Source of the DNA: an uncultured Verrucomicrobiae bacterium | Lineage (GTDB): Bacteria; Verrucomicrobiota; Verrucomicrobiia; Chthoniobacterales; UBA10450 | Assembly (NCBI GenBank): GCA_963740715.1 | Contig: CAVUGD010000017.1 | Location: 4,447-68,446 of the forward strand | DNA: 64,000 nt | Direction of reading: 5' to 3' | In this document: one piece after another, positions 1 to 10,409 of the stretch | Position numbering within the stretch: position 1 is the first letter of the stretch | How the letters are laid out: every line of letters starts with the position of its first letter | Program-made: the position numbers and the translations under genes | Notes under the pieces: model-generated | What the model was told of the DNA's origin: nothing | The model's input: the letters and a program-made list of their open reading frames with translations, nothing else | Databases searched by the model: none

Positions 1-80
1 TCCTTCAGTTGACGGGGCAGGCGGAGCGCCCGCCCTACAACCGGGCTCGACAAGCCGCGCTCTTTCGCTAGGAACACCAA

Positions 81-509
81 ATGAAGATTGCGCTCGGCTC
101 CGATCACGCCGGTTTCCGTTACAAGGAGAAAATCAAAGAGCTTCTCCTTTCGTTAGGGCACGAGGTCGAGGATTTCGGCACGACGAGCGAGGAGCCGGTC
201 GATTATCCGAAATTCATCCGCGCGGCGGCGGAAGCGGTCGCGCGTGGCGAATGCGAGCGTGGGATCGTCCTCGGCGGCTCCGGCAACGGCGAAGCGATGG
301 CGGCGAACAAGGTGCGCGGGATCCGCTGCGCGCTTTGCTGGAACGAGGAAAGCGCCCGTCTTTCCCGTCAGCATAACGACGCCAATGTCCTGTCGTTAGG
401 CGAGCGGATGATGCCGGAAGAGCTCGCGCTCGAGATCGTGCGCATCTGGCTCACGACCGATTTCGAGGGCGGACGGCATTCGGCGCGGATCGCGCAGCTT
501 GATCTGTAG
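81..509 (+). CDS. rpiB: Ribose-5-phosphate isomerase B (RpiB/LacAB family)
   Basis: 142-aa ORF. The MKIALGSDHAGF start, GGSGNGEAMAANK and C-terminal GGRHxxRI pattern are typical of RpiB. Confidence 0.9.
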   Translation: MKIALGSDHAGFRYKEKIKELLLSLGHEVEDFGTTSEEPVDYPKFIRAAAEAVARGECERGIVLGGSGNGEAMAANKVRGIRCALCWNEESARLSRQHNDANVLSLGERMMPEELALEIVRIWLTTDFEGGRHSARIAQLDL

Positions 510-518
510 GGCGCCGTT

Positions 519-1376
519 TCAGCGCGCCAGCGCGAACCAGACGCTGAACAAAAAAACTGCGCTGACGAAGGCGTTGCTCTGGAAAAAGGCGCGGTTGATC
601 CCGGCCAGGTCGAGCCGGCCCGCGCTCCGGTGTTCGTAAACGAGGGCGGCCGCCACCAGCGCCATTCCGAAAAAGTAAATCCCGCCTAACGACGCCGCGA
701 AACCAAAGCCAAGCAGGGCCGCGAACATGGCGAGATGAAGCAATTGCGCGAGCCGGAGCGAACGCTCAATCCCGAGGCGCACGACGAGGGAACGCAGACC
801 TTCGCGCCGATCGAATTCCAGGTCCTGCGTCGCGTAAATCAAATCGAAGCCCGCCACCCAGGCGATGACCCCGGCGCCCAAAAGGAGCGGAGCGAAAGCG
901 AGGCGCCCGGTGGCCGCGATCCACGCCCCCGCCGGCGCGACCGCCAGCGCGAGCCCGAGGAAAAAATGGCTGGCGGCGGTGAAGCGTTTCGTCAGCGAGT
1001 AAAAGAAAATGATGGCGAGCGCGACGGGCGAGAGAAGAAGCGTCGTGCGGTTGATGGCCGCCGCGGCCACGACGAAGGCGGCCGAGCTGGCCGCGAGGAG
1101 GAACCAGGCCACGGGCCGGGATAGGAGCCGATGCCGCATCGCGGTCCGCGGGTTTCGCTGGTCGAGGTTCCAATCCACCAGCCGGTTGAAAAGCATCGCC
1201 GCCGTCCGGGCGAAGACCATGCAGAGCAGGACGAGGGTGAGCAGCCGCAGCGAGGGCCGCCCCTGCGTCGCAACGAGAAGCGCGCCGAGCGCGAAAGGCA
1301 GGGCGAAGACGGTGTGCGAAAACCGGATCAGGCGCAGGAAGCGGGTGAGGCCGCTTTCGTTGGGGGCCGGGTTCAT
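519..1376 (-). CDS. UbiA-family aromatic prenyltransferase (4-hydroxybenzoate polyprenyltransferase-like)
   Basis: 285-aa polytopic membrane ORF. Two Asp-rich boxes (NRLVDWNLDQRNPRT and YATQDLEFDRREG) are characteristic of the UbiA superfamily. Confidence 0.8.
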   Translation of the reverse strand: MNPAPNESGLTRFLRLIRFSHTVFALPFALGALLVATQGRPSLRLLTLVLLCMVFARTAAMLFNRLVDWNLDQRNPRTAMRHRLLSRPVAWFLLAASSAAFVVAAAAINRTTLLLSPVALAIIFFYSLTKRFTAASHFFLGLALAVAPAGAWIAATGRLAFAPLLLGAGVIAWVAGFDLIYATQDLEFDRREGLRSLVVRLGIERSLRLAQLLHLAMFAALLGFGFAASLGGIYFFGMALVAAALVYEHRSAGRLDLAGINRAFFQSNAFVSAVFLFSVWFALAR

Positions 1377-1981
1377 CGGAGCAGTGACTCGAGCCGTTCG
1401 CGGGCCGAACTGAGGATCGGGGTCCCGTGGGCGAAAAGCAGACGCTGGAATGGCCAGTCGAGCAGCCGCCGGAGGGAGCGCCGCATCTCTTTGTGGTCGG
1501 TGCAGTATTTCGCCGGTAGAAAGGTGAAGCCGTAAGGCTCGAAATTGATCAAGGCGTCGCCGACCACCATCGCCCCGCCGTCCTCCGCGAAATGGAAGGC
1601 GACCTCGCCCGGCGCCGCGCCCTCAAGGGCGATGGGGGTTACCCCGGGGCTAATCTCTTCGCCGTCCGCGATGGGCCGCGCGCAGCCGGCTGTAAACTCG
1701 CCTGCGACCGCAGTCGCGGCGAAAACCGGCGCCTTAAAACGGTCCGCAAACGCCTGGGCGGCCCGGAGATGGTTTGAGTTGGTAACCAGGACTCCGGCGA
1801 CGGGGTTCCCCCCGGCGAGTTCCTCCAAAACCGAGGCTTCCAGCGGGATCGGATCGACAAAAAAGAGTCCGGCCGGCGTTTTGACCGCCGTGGCAAAAAG
1901 ATCGGACTTCACCGAGGGATCGTAAGCCTGCCAGAAGGAGAGCGAAGGGGTCAGGGCAACGAGCTCAGAAGCCTGTGGCAT
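1373..1981 (-). CDS. Hypothetical protein, possibly degenerate metallo-beta-lactamase fold
   Basis: 202-aa ORF whose stop overlaps the UbiA-family start by 4 nt, suggesting an operon. Only weak MBL-like patterning (VLVTNSNHLR). Confidence 0.4.
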   Translation of the reverse strand: MPQASELVALTPSLSFWQAYDPSVKSDLFATAVKTPAGLFFVDPIPLEASVLEELAGGNPVAGVLVTNSNHLRAAQAFADRFKAPVFAATAVAGEFTAGCARPIADGEEISPGVTPIALEGAAPGEVAFHFAEDGGAMVVGDALINFEPYGFTFLPAKYCTDHKEMRRSLRRLLDWPFQRLLFAHGTPILSSARERLESLLR

Positions 1982-2054
1982 GAGGATTTAGCAAAGGGGC
2001 GGCGGAGCGTGGCATCGTAGCTGCTACAAAGGATATAATTACTAGAAACACCAT

Positions 2055-3278
2055 ATGATGACCTTCTCCTATCAAGCTCGCGATGGCGCCGGCAATATCG
2101 TAAACGGTATTCAAGACGCGATCAACGAGGACAACGCTGTCACTAGTCTCATGAGCCGCGGGCTCATGGTGCTTTCACTTCAGCAGAAAGCTGCTGTTAC
2201 CCGCGCCAAAAACAAAGCCTGGACGGTCAAAGAAACCGACCTGGTCCTTTTCACTCGCCAGCTTGCCACCATGATCGAGGCCGGCATTTCGCTCGTCCAG
2301 GCGCTGACCGCGCTCTACGAGCAGTGCGACCCGAAACGGCAAAAGAACCTGCGCAACGTCATCAGTGACGTCACGGCACGGGTCCAGGGCGGCGAAACTT
2401 TCAACGAATCGATCGCGAAACATCCGCGCGTCTTTAACCGGCTCTTCGTCAGCATGGTCAAGGCCGGTGAAGCGGGCGGTCTGCTCTCGGAGATTCTCGA
2501 CCGGTTGGCCGGGTTCCTCGAAGCCAGCGCTCGTCTGCGCAAAAAGGTGAAGTCGGCCATGACCTACCCGGTCATCGTCATCAGCATCGCCTTTTTGATC
2601 ACGACCTTCCTCATCGTCCGGGTGGTCCCGGTCTTTGGCGAAATCTTCAAGGACTTCGGCGCGAAATTGCCGGCTCCGACCCAATTCCTGATCGACCTGA
2701 GCGACTTCATCCGGGCCAAATGGTACTTCATGATCCTCGGCATGGGTGGCGCCTTCTTCGGGATTCGCGCCTTCCTGCGCTCGACCCGCGGCCGCCAGTT
2801 GAGCGACAAATGGAAGCTCAAGCTCCCGGTCTTCGGTCCGCTCATCCATAAGATCTGCATGTCGCGGTTTGCCCGCACCTTTGCGCAGCTCATCCGCAGC
2901 GGTGTGCCAATCCTGGAAGTGCTCGACATCGTCGGCGGCACCTCCGGCAACCACGTGGTGGAGGAGAGCATCAAGGGCGTCAGCGCCGATGTGGAGAAGG
3001 GCGACAACTTGTCGGTCGCGCTTTCGAAGAAGAAAATTTTCCCGCCGATGATGCTGCGCATGGTCGCGGCCGGTGAATCGACGGGTCGTATCGACACCAT
3101 GCTGGAGAAGATGGCGGACTTCTGGGACGAAGAGATCGAGGCCCTGCTCGACGCTCTGACCTCGTTGATCGAGCCGCTCCTGATCGTGTTCCTCGGCGTG
3201 ATCGTGGGTGGCATCGTGATCGCGATGTTCCTGCCGATCTTCAAGCTGAACGAAGTAGTTTCGCAGAGCAAAAGCTAG
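2055..3278 (+). CDS. Type II secretion / type IV pilus platform protein (GspF/PilC family)
   Basis: 407-aa ORF with a duplicated T2SSF-type module (LATMIEAGISLVQAL / FAQLIRSGVPILEVL) and three TM segments. Confidence 0.85.
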   Translation: MMTFSYQARDGAGNIVNGIQDAINEDNAVTSLMSRGLMVLSLQQKAAVTRAKNKAWTVKETDLVLFTRQLATMIEAGISLVQALTALYEQCDPKRQKNLRNVISDVTARVQGGETFNESIAKHPRVFNRLFVSMVKAGEAGGLLSEILDRLAGFLEASARLRKKVKSAMTYPVIVISIAFLITTFLIVRVVPVFGEIFKDFGAKLPAPTQFLIDLSDFIRAKWYFMILGMGGAFFGIRAFLRSTRGRQLSDKWKLKLPVFGPLIHKICMSRFARTFAQLIRSGVPILEVLDIVGGTSGNHVVEESIKGVSADVEKGDNLSVALSKKKIFPPMMLRMVAAGESTGRIDTMLEKMADFWDEEIEALLDALTSLIEPLLIVFLGVIVGGIVIAMFLPIFKLNEVVSQSKS

Positions 3279-3302
3279 GGAGAAGCTTGCTCGGTGAGAG
3301 GG

Positions 3303-3336
3303 AGGGCGGATCGCAAGGTCCGCCCTCTTTTTCTTT
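3303..3336 (+). terminator. Rho-independent terminator candidate after the pilC/gspF-like gene
   Basis: agggcgga-tcgcaagg-tccgccct stem-loop followed by ctttttcttt, 25 nt after the stop codon. Confidence 0.6.
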
Positions 3337-3341
3337 CCCCT

Positions 3342-3496
3342 CTCGTAATCGTGCTCGTGCTCATGCTCGTGCTCGAAAGCCGAAGGTGTAGCGGCGGGCG
3401 TGTCGCCCGCAAAGCGCGTCGCCAGCGGCTGACACAGCCGCCACTACATTGAGCTGGAAGATCGAGCACGAGCATGAGCACGAGCACGATTACGAG
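3342..3496. repeat. Nested palindromic intergenic element (35-bp perfect inverted repeats built from hexamer repeats)
   Basis: Left arm 3342..3376 (ctcgtaatcgtgctcgtgctcatgctcgtgctcga) is the exact reverse complement of 3462..3496. An inner inverted repeat, tgtagcggcgg (3387..3397) / ccgccactaca (3438..3448), has 1 mismatch. Confidence 0.85.
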
Positions 3497-3552
3497 GAAA
3501 GCACCCCGCGAAAAATCTTGCTCGCGGCGCGAGTGTGCGAGACCAATCCTGC

Positions 3553-4347
3553 ATGACGGAGCTGGACGAATTCAAAAGCTCCGTCGCGCTCATCGTCTCG
3601 AGCTGCGATGCCTTCTTTGATGCCTGGCGTCCGTTCGCCGACTTTTTCGAGAAGTTCTGGGACGATTGTCCGCTCGATGTTTTTCTCCTCACCAACACGC
3701 TCGAGATCCATTCGCCGCGCCTGCGCGGGATCGCGGTCGGGGAAGATCGCGGCTGGTCGAGCAACCTCCTCTTTGCCCTCGAGCAGATCACGCATCCCTA
3801 CGTGCTCTATTTCCAGGAAGACTATTTCCTGACCGCGCCGGTCGACCGGGCGCAGCTGGCGCGCGATTTTTCCGAGGCGATGGAAATGGGAGCCGACTCG
3901 CTCTGCTTCCGAGCGCGCTCGAAGTTCGACGCCGGTTTCCAGCCGCTGAACGAGCGTTACGGAATCGTCCCGCTCGATTCCGAGGGCCGCACCCGATGCC
4001 AGGTCACGCTCTGGAAACGAAGCGCGCTCCAGTCCATCCTGCGCGAGGGCGAGACGGCCTGGAATTTCGAAGCCCGCGGCAGCGCCCGCACCCAGGAGAT
4101 GCAGATTCTCTCCTACGGCAGCCGGGAAAACGCGCCGGTTCGTTACCTCATGTCTGCCATCTCGCGCGGACTCTGGATGCCGGATGCAATCGAGCTTTGC
4201 CGGTCGCACGGGGTGAAGATCGATCCCTTTTTCCGTCCGGTTTTTCCCACGCGTTCGTGGCAGCGACGTCTGCGCCGCGCGCTCGGGCGGGCCCGGTTGA
4301 AGCGCGCGCTGGCGGCACAGGCGAACAAGGTGATCGAGCTGACATGA
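3553..4347 (+). CDS. Hypothetical protein (glycosyltransferase-like context), translationally coupled to the sulfotransferase
   Basis: ORF 3535..4347; I prefer the ATG at 3553. Its stop overlaps the next start (ATGA at 4344..4347). No motif recognised with confidence. Confidence 0.5.
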   Translation: MTELDEFKSSVALIVSSCDAFFDAWRPFADFFEKFWDDCPLDVFLLTNTLEIHSPRLRGIAVGEDRGWSSNLLFALEQITHPYVLYFQEDYFLTAPVDRAQLARDFSEAMEMGADSLCFRARSKFDAGFQPLNERYGIVPLDSEGRTRCQVTLWKRSALQSILREGETAWNFEARGSARTQEMQILSYGSRENAPVRYLMSAISRGLWMPDAIELCRSHGVKIDPFFRPVFPTRSWQRRLRRALGRARLKRALAAQANKVIELT

Positions 4348-5160
4348 GGCGAATCGTTAGGTGGAACGTGAGCGGCCGCGCCCGCCAGCTCTCCGGCGGC
4401 GATGCGCTGCTCGTCTCGATCCCGAAAAGCGGCCGCACCTGGGTGCGGACTTTTCTCTGTGCCTACTTCTGCGAAAAGGTCGGGCAGCCGTTCTCGCTCG
4501 AGCCCGAACAATTTCCGGGCGTGCCGCGGGTCATCTATACCCACGATCTTTTCGAGCAACGGACGAAGGCCGATCGCTGGGACAAGGTGCGCGGGAAATA
4601 TCTGATTCCGCCGCGGGAGCGGGCCCGTCTTCCGATCATCCTGCTCGCGCGCGATCCGCGCGACGCCTTCGTCTCGCTCCACATCCAGCTCACTCGGCGG
4701 ACCAAGGAAACGCCGGAAGATTTGAAGCAAAAAAGCGCGACCGAGTTGCTGCGCGATCCGGCATTTGGCATTCGTTCGATGGTCGAGGTCATGAACTGCT
4801 GGCTGCAGGAATGGTCGGGCCGTGCCGGTTTCTTGCTTTTGCGTTACGAAACTTTGCGCCAGGACCCGGCGCCGGGATTTCGGTCGCTCCTGGAGCTCCT
4901 CGGCGAGCGACCGGTGCTGGAATCCGCGCTCGCCTCATGCGCTCAAATTTTCCGATTTCGGGCAAATGAAAAAGATGGAGAGCGAAGGGGCGTTTGAATC
5001 CAAGATTCTGCGCGCGGGCGATGCGCGCGACCCGGAGTCCTTCAAAGTGCGGCGTGGAAAAATCGGCGGCTTCCAGGATTACCTCTCGTCTAACGATCAG
5101 GAATACGCCGCGGCCGCCCTGCAAAAACTCGACCCCCGCTTTGGCTATGCCGTGACTTGA
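4344..5160 (+). CDS. Sulfotransferase-family protein, interrupted by one frameshift as sequenced (~4925-4945)
   Basis: IPKSGRTW (PAPS 5'-phosphosulfate loop) and RDPRDAFVS motifs lie in the frame of 4344. The C-terminal part (FSDFGQMKKME...RRGKIGGFQDYLS) continues in the +1 frame (ORF 4822..5160). Confidence 0.75.
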
Positions 5161-5203
5161 AATAGGACCCACCTTAATCGCTTCCGCGAAACGATTTAGC
5201 ACT

Positions 5204-6855
5204 GTGGCATTCGATGAACCTAGTTCCGCTCTTCCTCCCAGCGGACTCGCGGAACTGAACCGCGCGATTCTCGAGTCGGCTCTCGACTGCATCATTACGA
5301 TGGACGCGGGCGGCGTCGTCCAGGAATGGAACCCCGCGGCCGAGCGGACCTTCGGTTACGCGCGCAGCCAGGCGGTCGGTCGTGAACTGGCCGCGCTCAT
5401 CATTCCGCCGGAGTTGCGCGAACGTCATCGCCAAGGCCTGGCCCATTATCTCAAGACCGGTGAGGGCCCGGTCCTCGGCCGCCGCATCGAGATTCCAGGT
5501 CTGCATGCGGACGGTCACCGCCTCCTGGTCGAACTCGCGATCACGGCCTTTCATATCGCCGGTGCGCCCGTCTTTCGCCGCTTACCTGCGCGATATCACG
5601 GAACGCGTGCGCGCCGAGCGCCGCCGGGACGCGCAATATGCGATCGCGAGCCTGCTCGCTCGCTTCCCGCAGCATCGAAGAGGTCGCGCCGCCGGTGATC
5701 GAGACGATTGCGCAAAGCGGGAATTGGATCTACGGCGCGCTCTGGCTGCTCGACCCGGGCGATGCCACCCTCCGTTGTCACTCTCTTTGGCACACCGCTT
5801 TTCCCGCCTTGGAAAAATTTGCCGCGGTTTCGCGCGCGATGGTCTTTGCCGGGACGACGAGTTTGCCCGGCCGCGTGGTTGGTTCGCGCAAGCCCACCTG
5901 GGTGACCGACGTGAAAATTGATTCCGCTTTTCCCCGGGCGGGCGCGGCCGCGGAGGCCGGTCTGGCCGGCGCCTTTGCCTTCCCCGTCGCCGCGGCGGGC
6001 GAGATCAAGGGTGTGATCGAACTCTTCAGCGCCGAGCCGGTGCAACCGGACGAAGATTTGCTTCTCCTCGTCGACTCGTTAGGCAGCCAAATCGGGCATT
6101 TCATTGAACGCCGCCAGATCGAGGTCGAGTTGCAGCGCCGCAAGGAATTGGCGGAAGCGGCCAACGCCGCCAAGGACCGTTTTCTCGCCACTCTCAGCCA
6201 TGAATTGCGCACCCCGCTCACTCCCGTGCTGATGTGGGCCGGCGGCATGCTGCACGATCCCGATTTGCCTAACGAAATGCGGGAGGGCCTGAAAATGATC
6301 GCCCGTAACGTCGAGCTCGAAGCGCGCCTGATCGACGACCTGCTCGACCTGACCCGGATCGCGCGCGGCAAACTGCGCCTTCATTTGCAGAAGACCGACG
6401 CCCATGAAGTCCTGCGTCACGCGATCGAGATTGTGCGGGAAGGGGATTGTCCTCCGGGTCTCAATTTGGAAGTCGAGTTGGCGGCAGACCATTCGCAGGT
6501 GGAAGGCGATCCGACCCGGTTACAGCAGGTTTTTTGGAATCTCCTGCGCAATGCGACCAAGTTTACCCCCGCCGGCGGCCGGGTGGTGGTGCGGACCGAA
6601 AACCCTGAGCCCGGAACAATCGCGATCGCGGTCAGCGACACCGGCGCCGGAATCGCCCCGGAAGATTTGGGTAAGATTTTCGATGCTTTTGAGCAGGTGA
6701 GCGATCGACACGAAGGGCTCGGACTCGGGCTCGCGATCAGCAAAGCCATTGTCGATCTGCACGGCGGCCAGATTCGCGCGGAAAGCGCGGGCCTCGGCCA
6801 GGGCGCGACCTTCATCGTCGAGTTGCCCGGGGCCGGAGCGAGTCGGCCCGCTTAA
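5204..6855 (+). CDS. PAS-GAF-HisKA-HATPase_c sensor histidine kinase, two frameshifts as sequenced (~5572-5575 and ~5661-5666)
   Basis: The PAS domain (ORF 5204..) ends ...HIAGAPVF. The linker AAYLRDITERVRAE is in the next frame. GAF plus the H-box (LATLSHELRTPL), N-box (NLLRNATKFTP) and G-boxes (DTGAGI, GLGLGLAISK) are in ORF 5638..6855. Confidence 0.85.
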
Positions 6856-7023
6856 CTTCACCGGCCTTTCCCCCGGCTCAAAGCGGCGCTCCGGCCTGCC
6901 GCGCGGGCCCCCTTCGGCCCGCGAAAATCCGCGGTCAAAAAATTGGCCAAAAAATCTTCTTGTCATCTCTACTGAAAACGTAGAGTATCGAATCCATACC
7001 AGCCGAGTAGACATTAAAATCCC

Positions 7024-7212
7024 ATGAAAAAACTGAAACTAATCGTGAGCGAAACTGTCCGGGTCGCGGGCGCGGCCATTTTCTGGGCGATGACAATTCC
7101 TGCCGTCGCCGTCTTTTTTTTCCTGGCCGCTTTTTGGAAACGGACGGCCGTTCTCCTCGGAAAAGGAACCACGGGTGGAACTCTTTTTCGCACTTCCCCG
7201 ATCGGGGTCTAA
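7024..7212 (+). CDS. Possible small membrane protein
   Basis: 62-aa ORF with one hydrophobic helix and an AT-richer 5' end, upstream of the Rrf2 gene. No homology recognised. Confidence 0.3.
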   Translation: MKKLKLIVSETVRVAGAAIFWAMTIPAVAVFFFLAAFWKRTAVLLGKGTTGGTLFRTSPIGV

Positions 7213-7227
7213 GGCCCGCTTCCAAGG

Positions 7228-7755
7228 ATGAATCTTTCCAAACGCAGCGAGTATGCGCTTCGGGCCCTGATCGATCTCGGGATCGCGCGCGAGCTCGGCC
7301 GCCCCATCCTCCAGGTGAGCGAGCTGGCCCAGAAAGAGAAACTGCCGATCAAGTTTCTCGAGCAGATCCTGACTCAGTTGCGCCTCGCCGGTTACGTCCA
7401 GACCCGGCGTGGGAAACACGGCGGCTATTTGCTCGCCAAGCCGGCTTCGCGGATCAAGCTCGGCGCCATCATCCGGCTGCTGGATGGCCCGCTCGCGCCC
7501 ATCGCCTGCGTCAGCCAGACCGATTACCGCCGCTGCACCTGTCCGGACGAAGCGCACTGCGGCCTGCGCATGCTCATGCTCGATGTGCGCAACGCGATCG
7601 CGCGCATTCTCGATCGCTCGACCCTCGCGCAGATCGTCGAGATCACGCTGCGCAAGATGCGGCGCGACAAAGTCGCCGTCCCTTTCGCCCGGCGTTCTTT
7701 CGGGCTCGAAGAACTCCTGCGTGGAGAAAACGCACCTGTTGGAGCGAAATCCTGA
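7228..7755 (+). CDS. Rrf2-family transcriptional regulator
   Basis: N-terminus MNLSKRSEYALRALIDL, a winged helix (QVSELAQKEKLPIKFLEQIL) and a Cys cluster (C..C.C....C) are typical of IscR/CymR-like Rrf2 proteins. Confidence 0.9.
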   Translation: MNLSKRSEYALRALIDLGIARELGRPILQVSELAQKEKLPIKFLEQILTQLRLAGYVQTRRGKHGGYLLAKPASRIKLGAIIRLLDGPLAPIACVSQTDYRRCTCPDEAHCGLRMLMLDVRNAIARILDRSTLAQIVEITLRKMRRDKVAVPFARRSFGLEELLRGENAPVGAKS

Positions 7756-7765
7756 AACCACTGTT

Positions 7766-8754
7766 ATGAAAACATACTCCTCGAAATTCCCGCGGCTCTG
7801 GCTGCATCTCGCAGCCGCGGTTTGTCTTCTCTTTTCCAGCCATGTCGGGCGGCGGACAAAGTCACGATCCGCTTCGGGCATTTCCCAAACATCACTCACG
7901 CCCAGGGCGTCATCGCCCACGCCTTGTCGCGGCAGGGGAAAGGCTGGTTTGAAGAACGGCTCGGGCCGGATGTGGCCATCCAGTGGTTTACTTACAACGC
8001 CGGGCCTTCCGCGATGGAAGCTGTCTTCGCCGGCTCACTCGATCTTACCTATGTCGGCCAGGGTCCGGCTTTGAACGCACACTTCAAATCGGAGGGCGAA
8101 GAGATCCGGGTGATCGGCGGTGCAGCCACCGGCGGAGCTGCTTTAGTCGTTAGGCCAGATGGCTCGATCAAAAGCGCGGCCGATCTTCGCGGGAAGACGA
8201 TCGCCACACCGCAGCTCGGCAACACCCAGGACATTTCCTGCCGCGCCTGGCTCAAGGCCCAGGGCTACAAGGTCACACTCATCGGGGGTGAGGTGAAAGT
8301 CCTGCCCGTGGCCAACCCGGACCAGCTCGGCGCCTTTACCAGAAAGCAGGTCGATGCCGTCTGGACGGTGGAGCCCTGGGTCACGCGGTTGGAGCGGGAA
8401 GCTGGCGGCAAAGTCTTTCTCGAGGACAACAACGTGCAGACGACCTGGCTGGTCTCGAGCGCAAAATTTCTCAAGGAGCAGGCTGCGCTGGTGAAGAAGG
8501 TCGCCGCCGCCAACATCGAGTTGACGCAGTGGATCCAGGCGCACCCGGAGGAGGCTCAGAAACTTCTCGCCGCGGAATTAAAGGAGGAAACCAAAGCGAC
8601 GATCGCGCCGGAGGCGATCGCGCAAGCGTGGGGCCGGATCAAATTCACCGCCGAGGTTTCGCCCCAACTGGTGACCAAGGCGGTGCAGGACTCCAAGGAT
8701 GCCGGCCTGTTTCGGGGGGCGACTGACACCTCGAAGTTGCTCGCGCTCCCATGA
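7766..8754 (+). CDS. ABC transporter substrate-binding protein (NitT/TauT, aliphatic sulfonate/nitrate-like), one frameshift as sequenced (~7846-7852)
   Basis: The signal peptide MKTYSSKFPRLWLHLAAAVCLLFSS lies in one frame (ATG 7766). The mature SsuA/NMT1-like domain (KVTIRFGHFPNITHAQ...) is in ORF 7822..8754. Confidence 0.8.
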
Positions 8755-9641
8755 CGATCGCGCCTAACGAGACCCGCCGCACCGTCACCATGAAACCGAC
8801 TTCGAATCCGGCCATCCAGCCTGTCACGAGTTCCTCGGTGCGCGAGGAACTGCAAATCGTGCCGCCGAGCAAGCTGACGGTGACAGACGTTTCCAAAACC
8901 TTTAAGACCCGGACCGGCAGCGTGCAGGCGCTCGACCGCGTGAGCCTGAAAGTCGGGGAAGGCGAATTCGTCTGCCTGGTCGGCGCGAGTGGCTGCGGCA
9001 AATCGACCCTTCTCAACATGATCGCCGGCCTCGAAAAACCGGATAGCGGCACCGTCTCCGCCGACGGCCGGAACGTGACCGAACCGGGGCGCGATCGGCT
9101 CGTCATGTTCCAGGAATCGGCGCTCTTCCCCTGGCTCGATGTGCTCGGAAATGTCCTCTTCGGTTTGAAAATGAAACCGAACCTAACGAAGAAAGATCGC
9201 GTCGACGTGGCGCGTTATTATCTCGAGCTCGTCGGCCTGACGAAGTTTGAGCGGGCCAACATCCACGAGCTTTCGGGCGGAATGAAACAGCGGGTCGCGC
9301 TCGCCCGCGCGCTTGCGCCCAATCCGCGCATGCTGCTGATGGATGAGCCTTTCGCGGCCCTCGACGCGCTCACGCGCGAACAACTCTACGGCGATCTGCA
9401 AAAAATCTGGGCGGCCCGGCGCAAGACGATCGTCTTCGTCACGCACAACGTGCGCGAAGCCGCCTGCCTGGGCGATCGGGTGGTGCTCTTTTCGCCGCAC
9501 CCGGGCCGGATCCGGGAAGAATTCGTGATCAAACTGCCGCGTCCGCGCGACATCAACAGCACGGACCTGGCCGAATACGCCACTCGGATCATGCGCTCAC
9601 TCAAGGGCTTCAAGGCCGACAGCGAGGAGGTGGCAGAATGA
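8751..9641 (+). CDS. ABC transporter ATP-binding protein (NitT/TauT family)
   Basis: Walker A GASGCGKST, signature LSGGMKQRV and Walker B LLMDEPF. ATGA overlap with the substrate-binding protein gene. Confidence 0.9.
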   Translation: MTIAPNETRRTVTMKPTSNPAIQPVTSSSVREELQIVPPSKLTVTDVSKTFKTRTGSVQALDRVSLKVGEGEFVCLVGASGCGKSTLLNMIAGLEKPDSGTVSADGRNVTEPGRDRLVMFQESALFPWLDVLGNVLFGLKMKPNLTKKDRVDVARYYLELVGLTKFERANIHELSGGMKQRVALARALAPNPRMLLMDEPFAALDALTREQLYGDLQKIWAARRKTIVFVTHNVREAACLGDRVVLFSPHPGRIREEFVIKLPRPRDINSTDLAEYATRIMRSLKGFKADSEEVAE

Positions 9642-9659
9642 AACGTTTTCTTCTTAACC

Positions 9660-10403
9660 GTGCTCTTCTTTGCCGGCCTCCTCTTGCTCTGGGATTTGGC
9701 GGTGCGGGCGCGGATCTGGTCGCCGGTCTTATTGCCGTCGCCGCTCAAAGTCGCGGAGTACCTGCAATCCGCGGCCGCTGACGGCACGCTCTGGGAAGCG
9801 ATGCTGATCACGACCAAACGCCTGGTGATCGGTTACATCATCGGCCTGATCGGCGGCGTCCCGCTCGGGTTGCTCACGGCGCGCTGGAACATTTTGCACG
9901 ACACCATCGGCACACTTGCGCTCGGGTTGCAGACCCTCCCGAGTGTTTGCTGGGTCCCGCTTGCCCTGCTTTGGTTCGGTCAAAGCGAGGCGGCAATGCT
10001 TTTTGTCGTGGTCATGGGAACGCTCTGGTCGGTCGTGATCGCGACCGATACCGGGGTGCGGCACGTGCCGCCGATCTATCGCCGCGCCGCGCTCACGATG
10101 GGCTCCAAGAATCTGCATCTCTGGCTCAAGGTCATTTTGCCCGCGGCTTTGCCATTCATCGTCAGCGGAATGAAACAGGGCTGGGCCTTTGCCTGGCGCT
10201 CGCTCATGGCGGCGGAGATTTTCGTCACCATCCTGACCGGGTTTGGGCTCGGGCAACTGCTCCACTACGGTCGCGAACTGAACGCGATGGACCAGGTCAT
10301 CGCCGTCATGTTCGTCATCGTTCTGATCGGGCTGGTGGCGGATAAAACTTTCTTCGCGCCGATCGAACGTTTTCTTCATCGCCGCTGGGGCACGAGCCAA
10401 TAA
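9660..10403 (+). CDS. ABC transporter permease (NitT/TauT family)
   Basis: 247-aa polytopic ORF with a BPD_transp_1-type EAA loop region (...AALTMGSKNLHLWLKVILPAALP...). GTG start. Confidence 0.85.
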   Translation: MLFFAGLLLLWDLAVRARIWSPVLLPSPLKVAEYLQSAAADGTLWEAMLITTKRLVIGYIIGLIGGVPLGLLTARWNILHDTIGTLALGLQTLPSVCWVPLALLWFGQSEAAMLFVVVMGTLWSVVIATDTGVRHVPPIYRRAALTMGSKNLHLWLKVILPAALPFIVSGMKQGWAFAWRSLMAAEIFVTILTGFGLGQLLHYGRELNAMDQVIAVMFVIVLIGLVADKTFFAPIERFLHRRWGTSQ

Positions 10404-10409
10404 CGCCGC

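Noticed and set aside
3342-3496. Possible CRISPR-like or tandem-repeat array (GTGCTC repeats).
   Set aside because: The repeat unit is 6 nt, there are no spacers, the two halves are exact reverse complements, and no cas genes are nearby. It is a palindromic element, not a CRISPR array.
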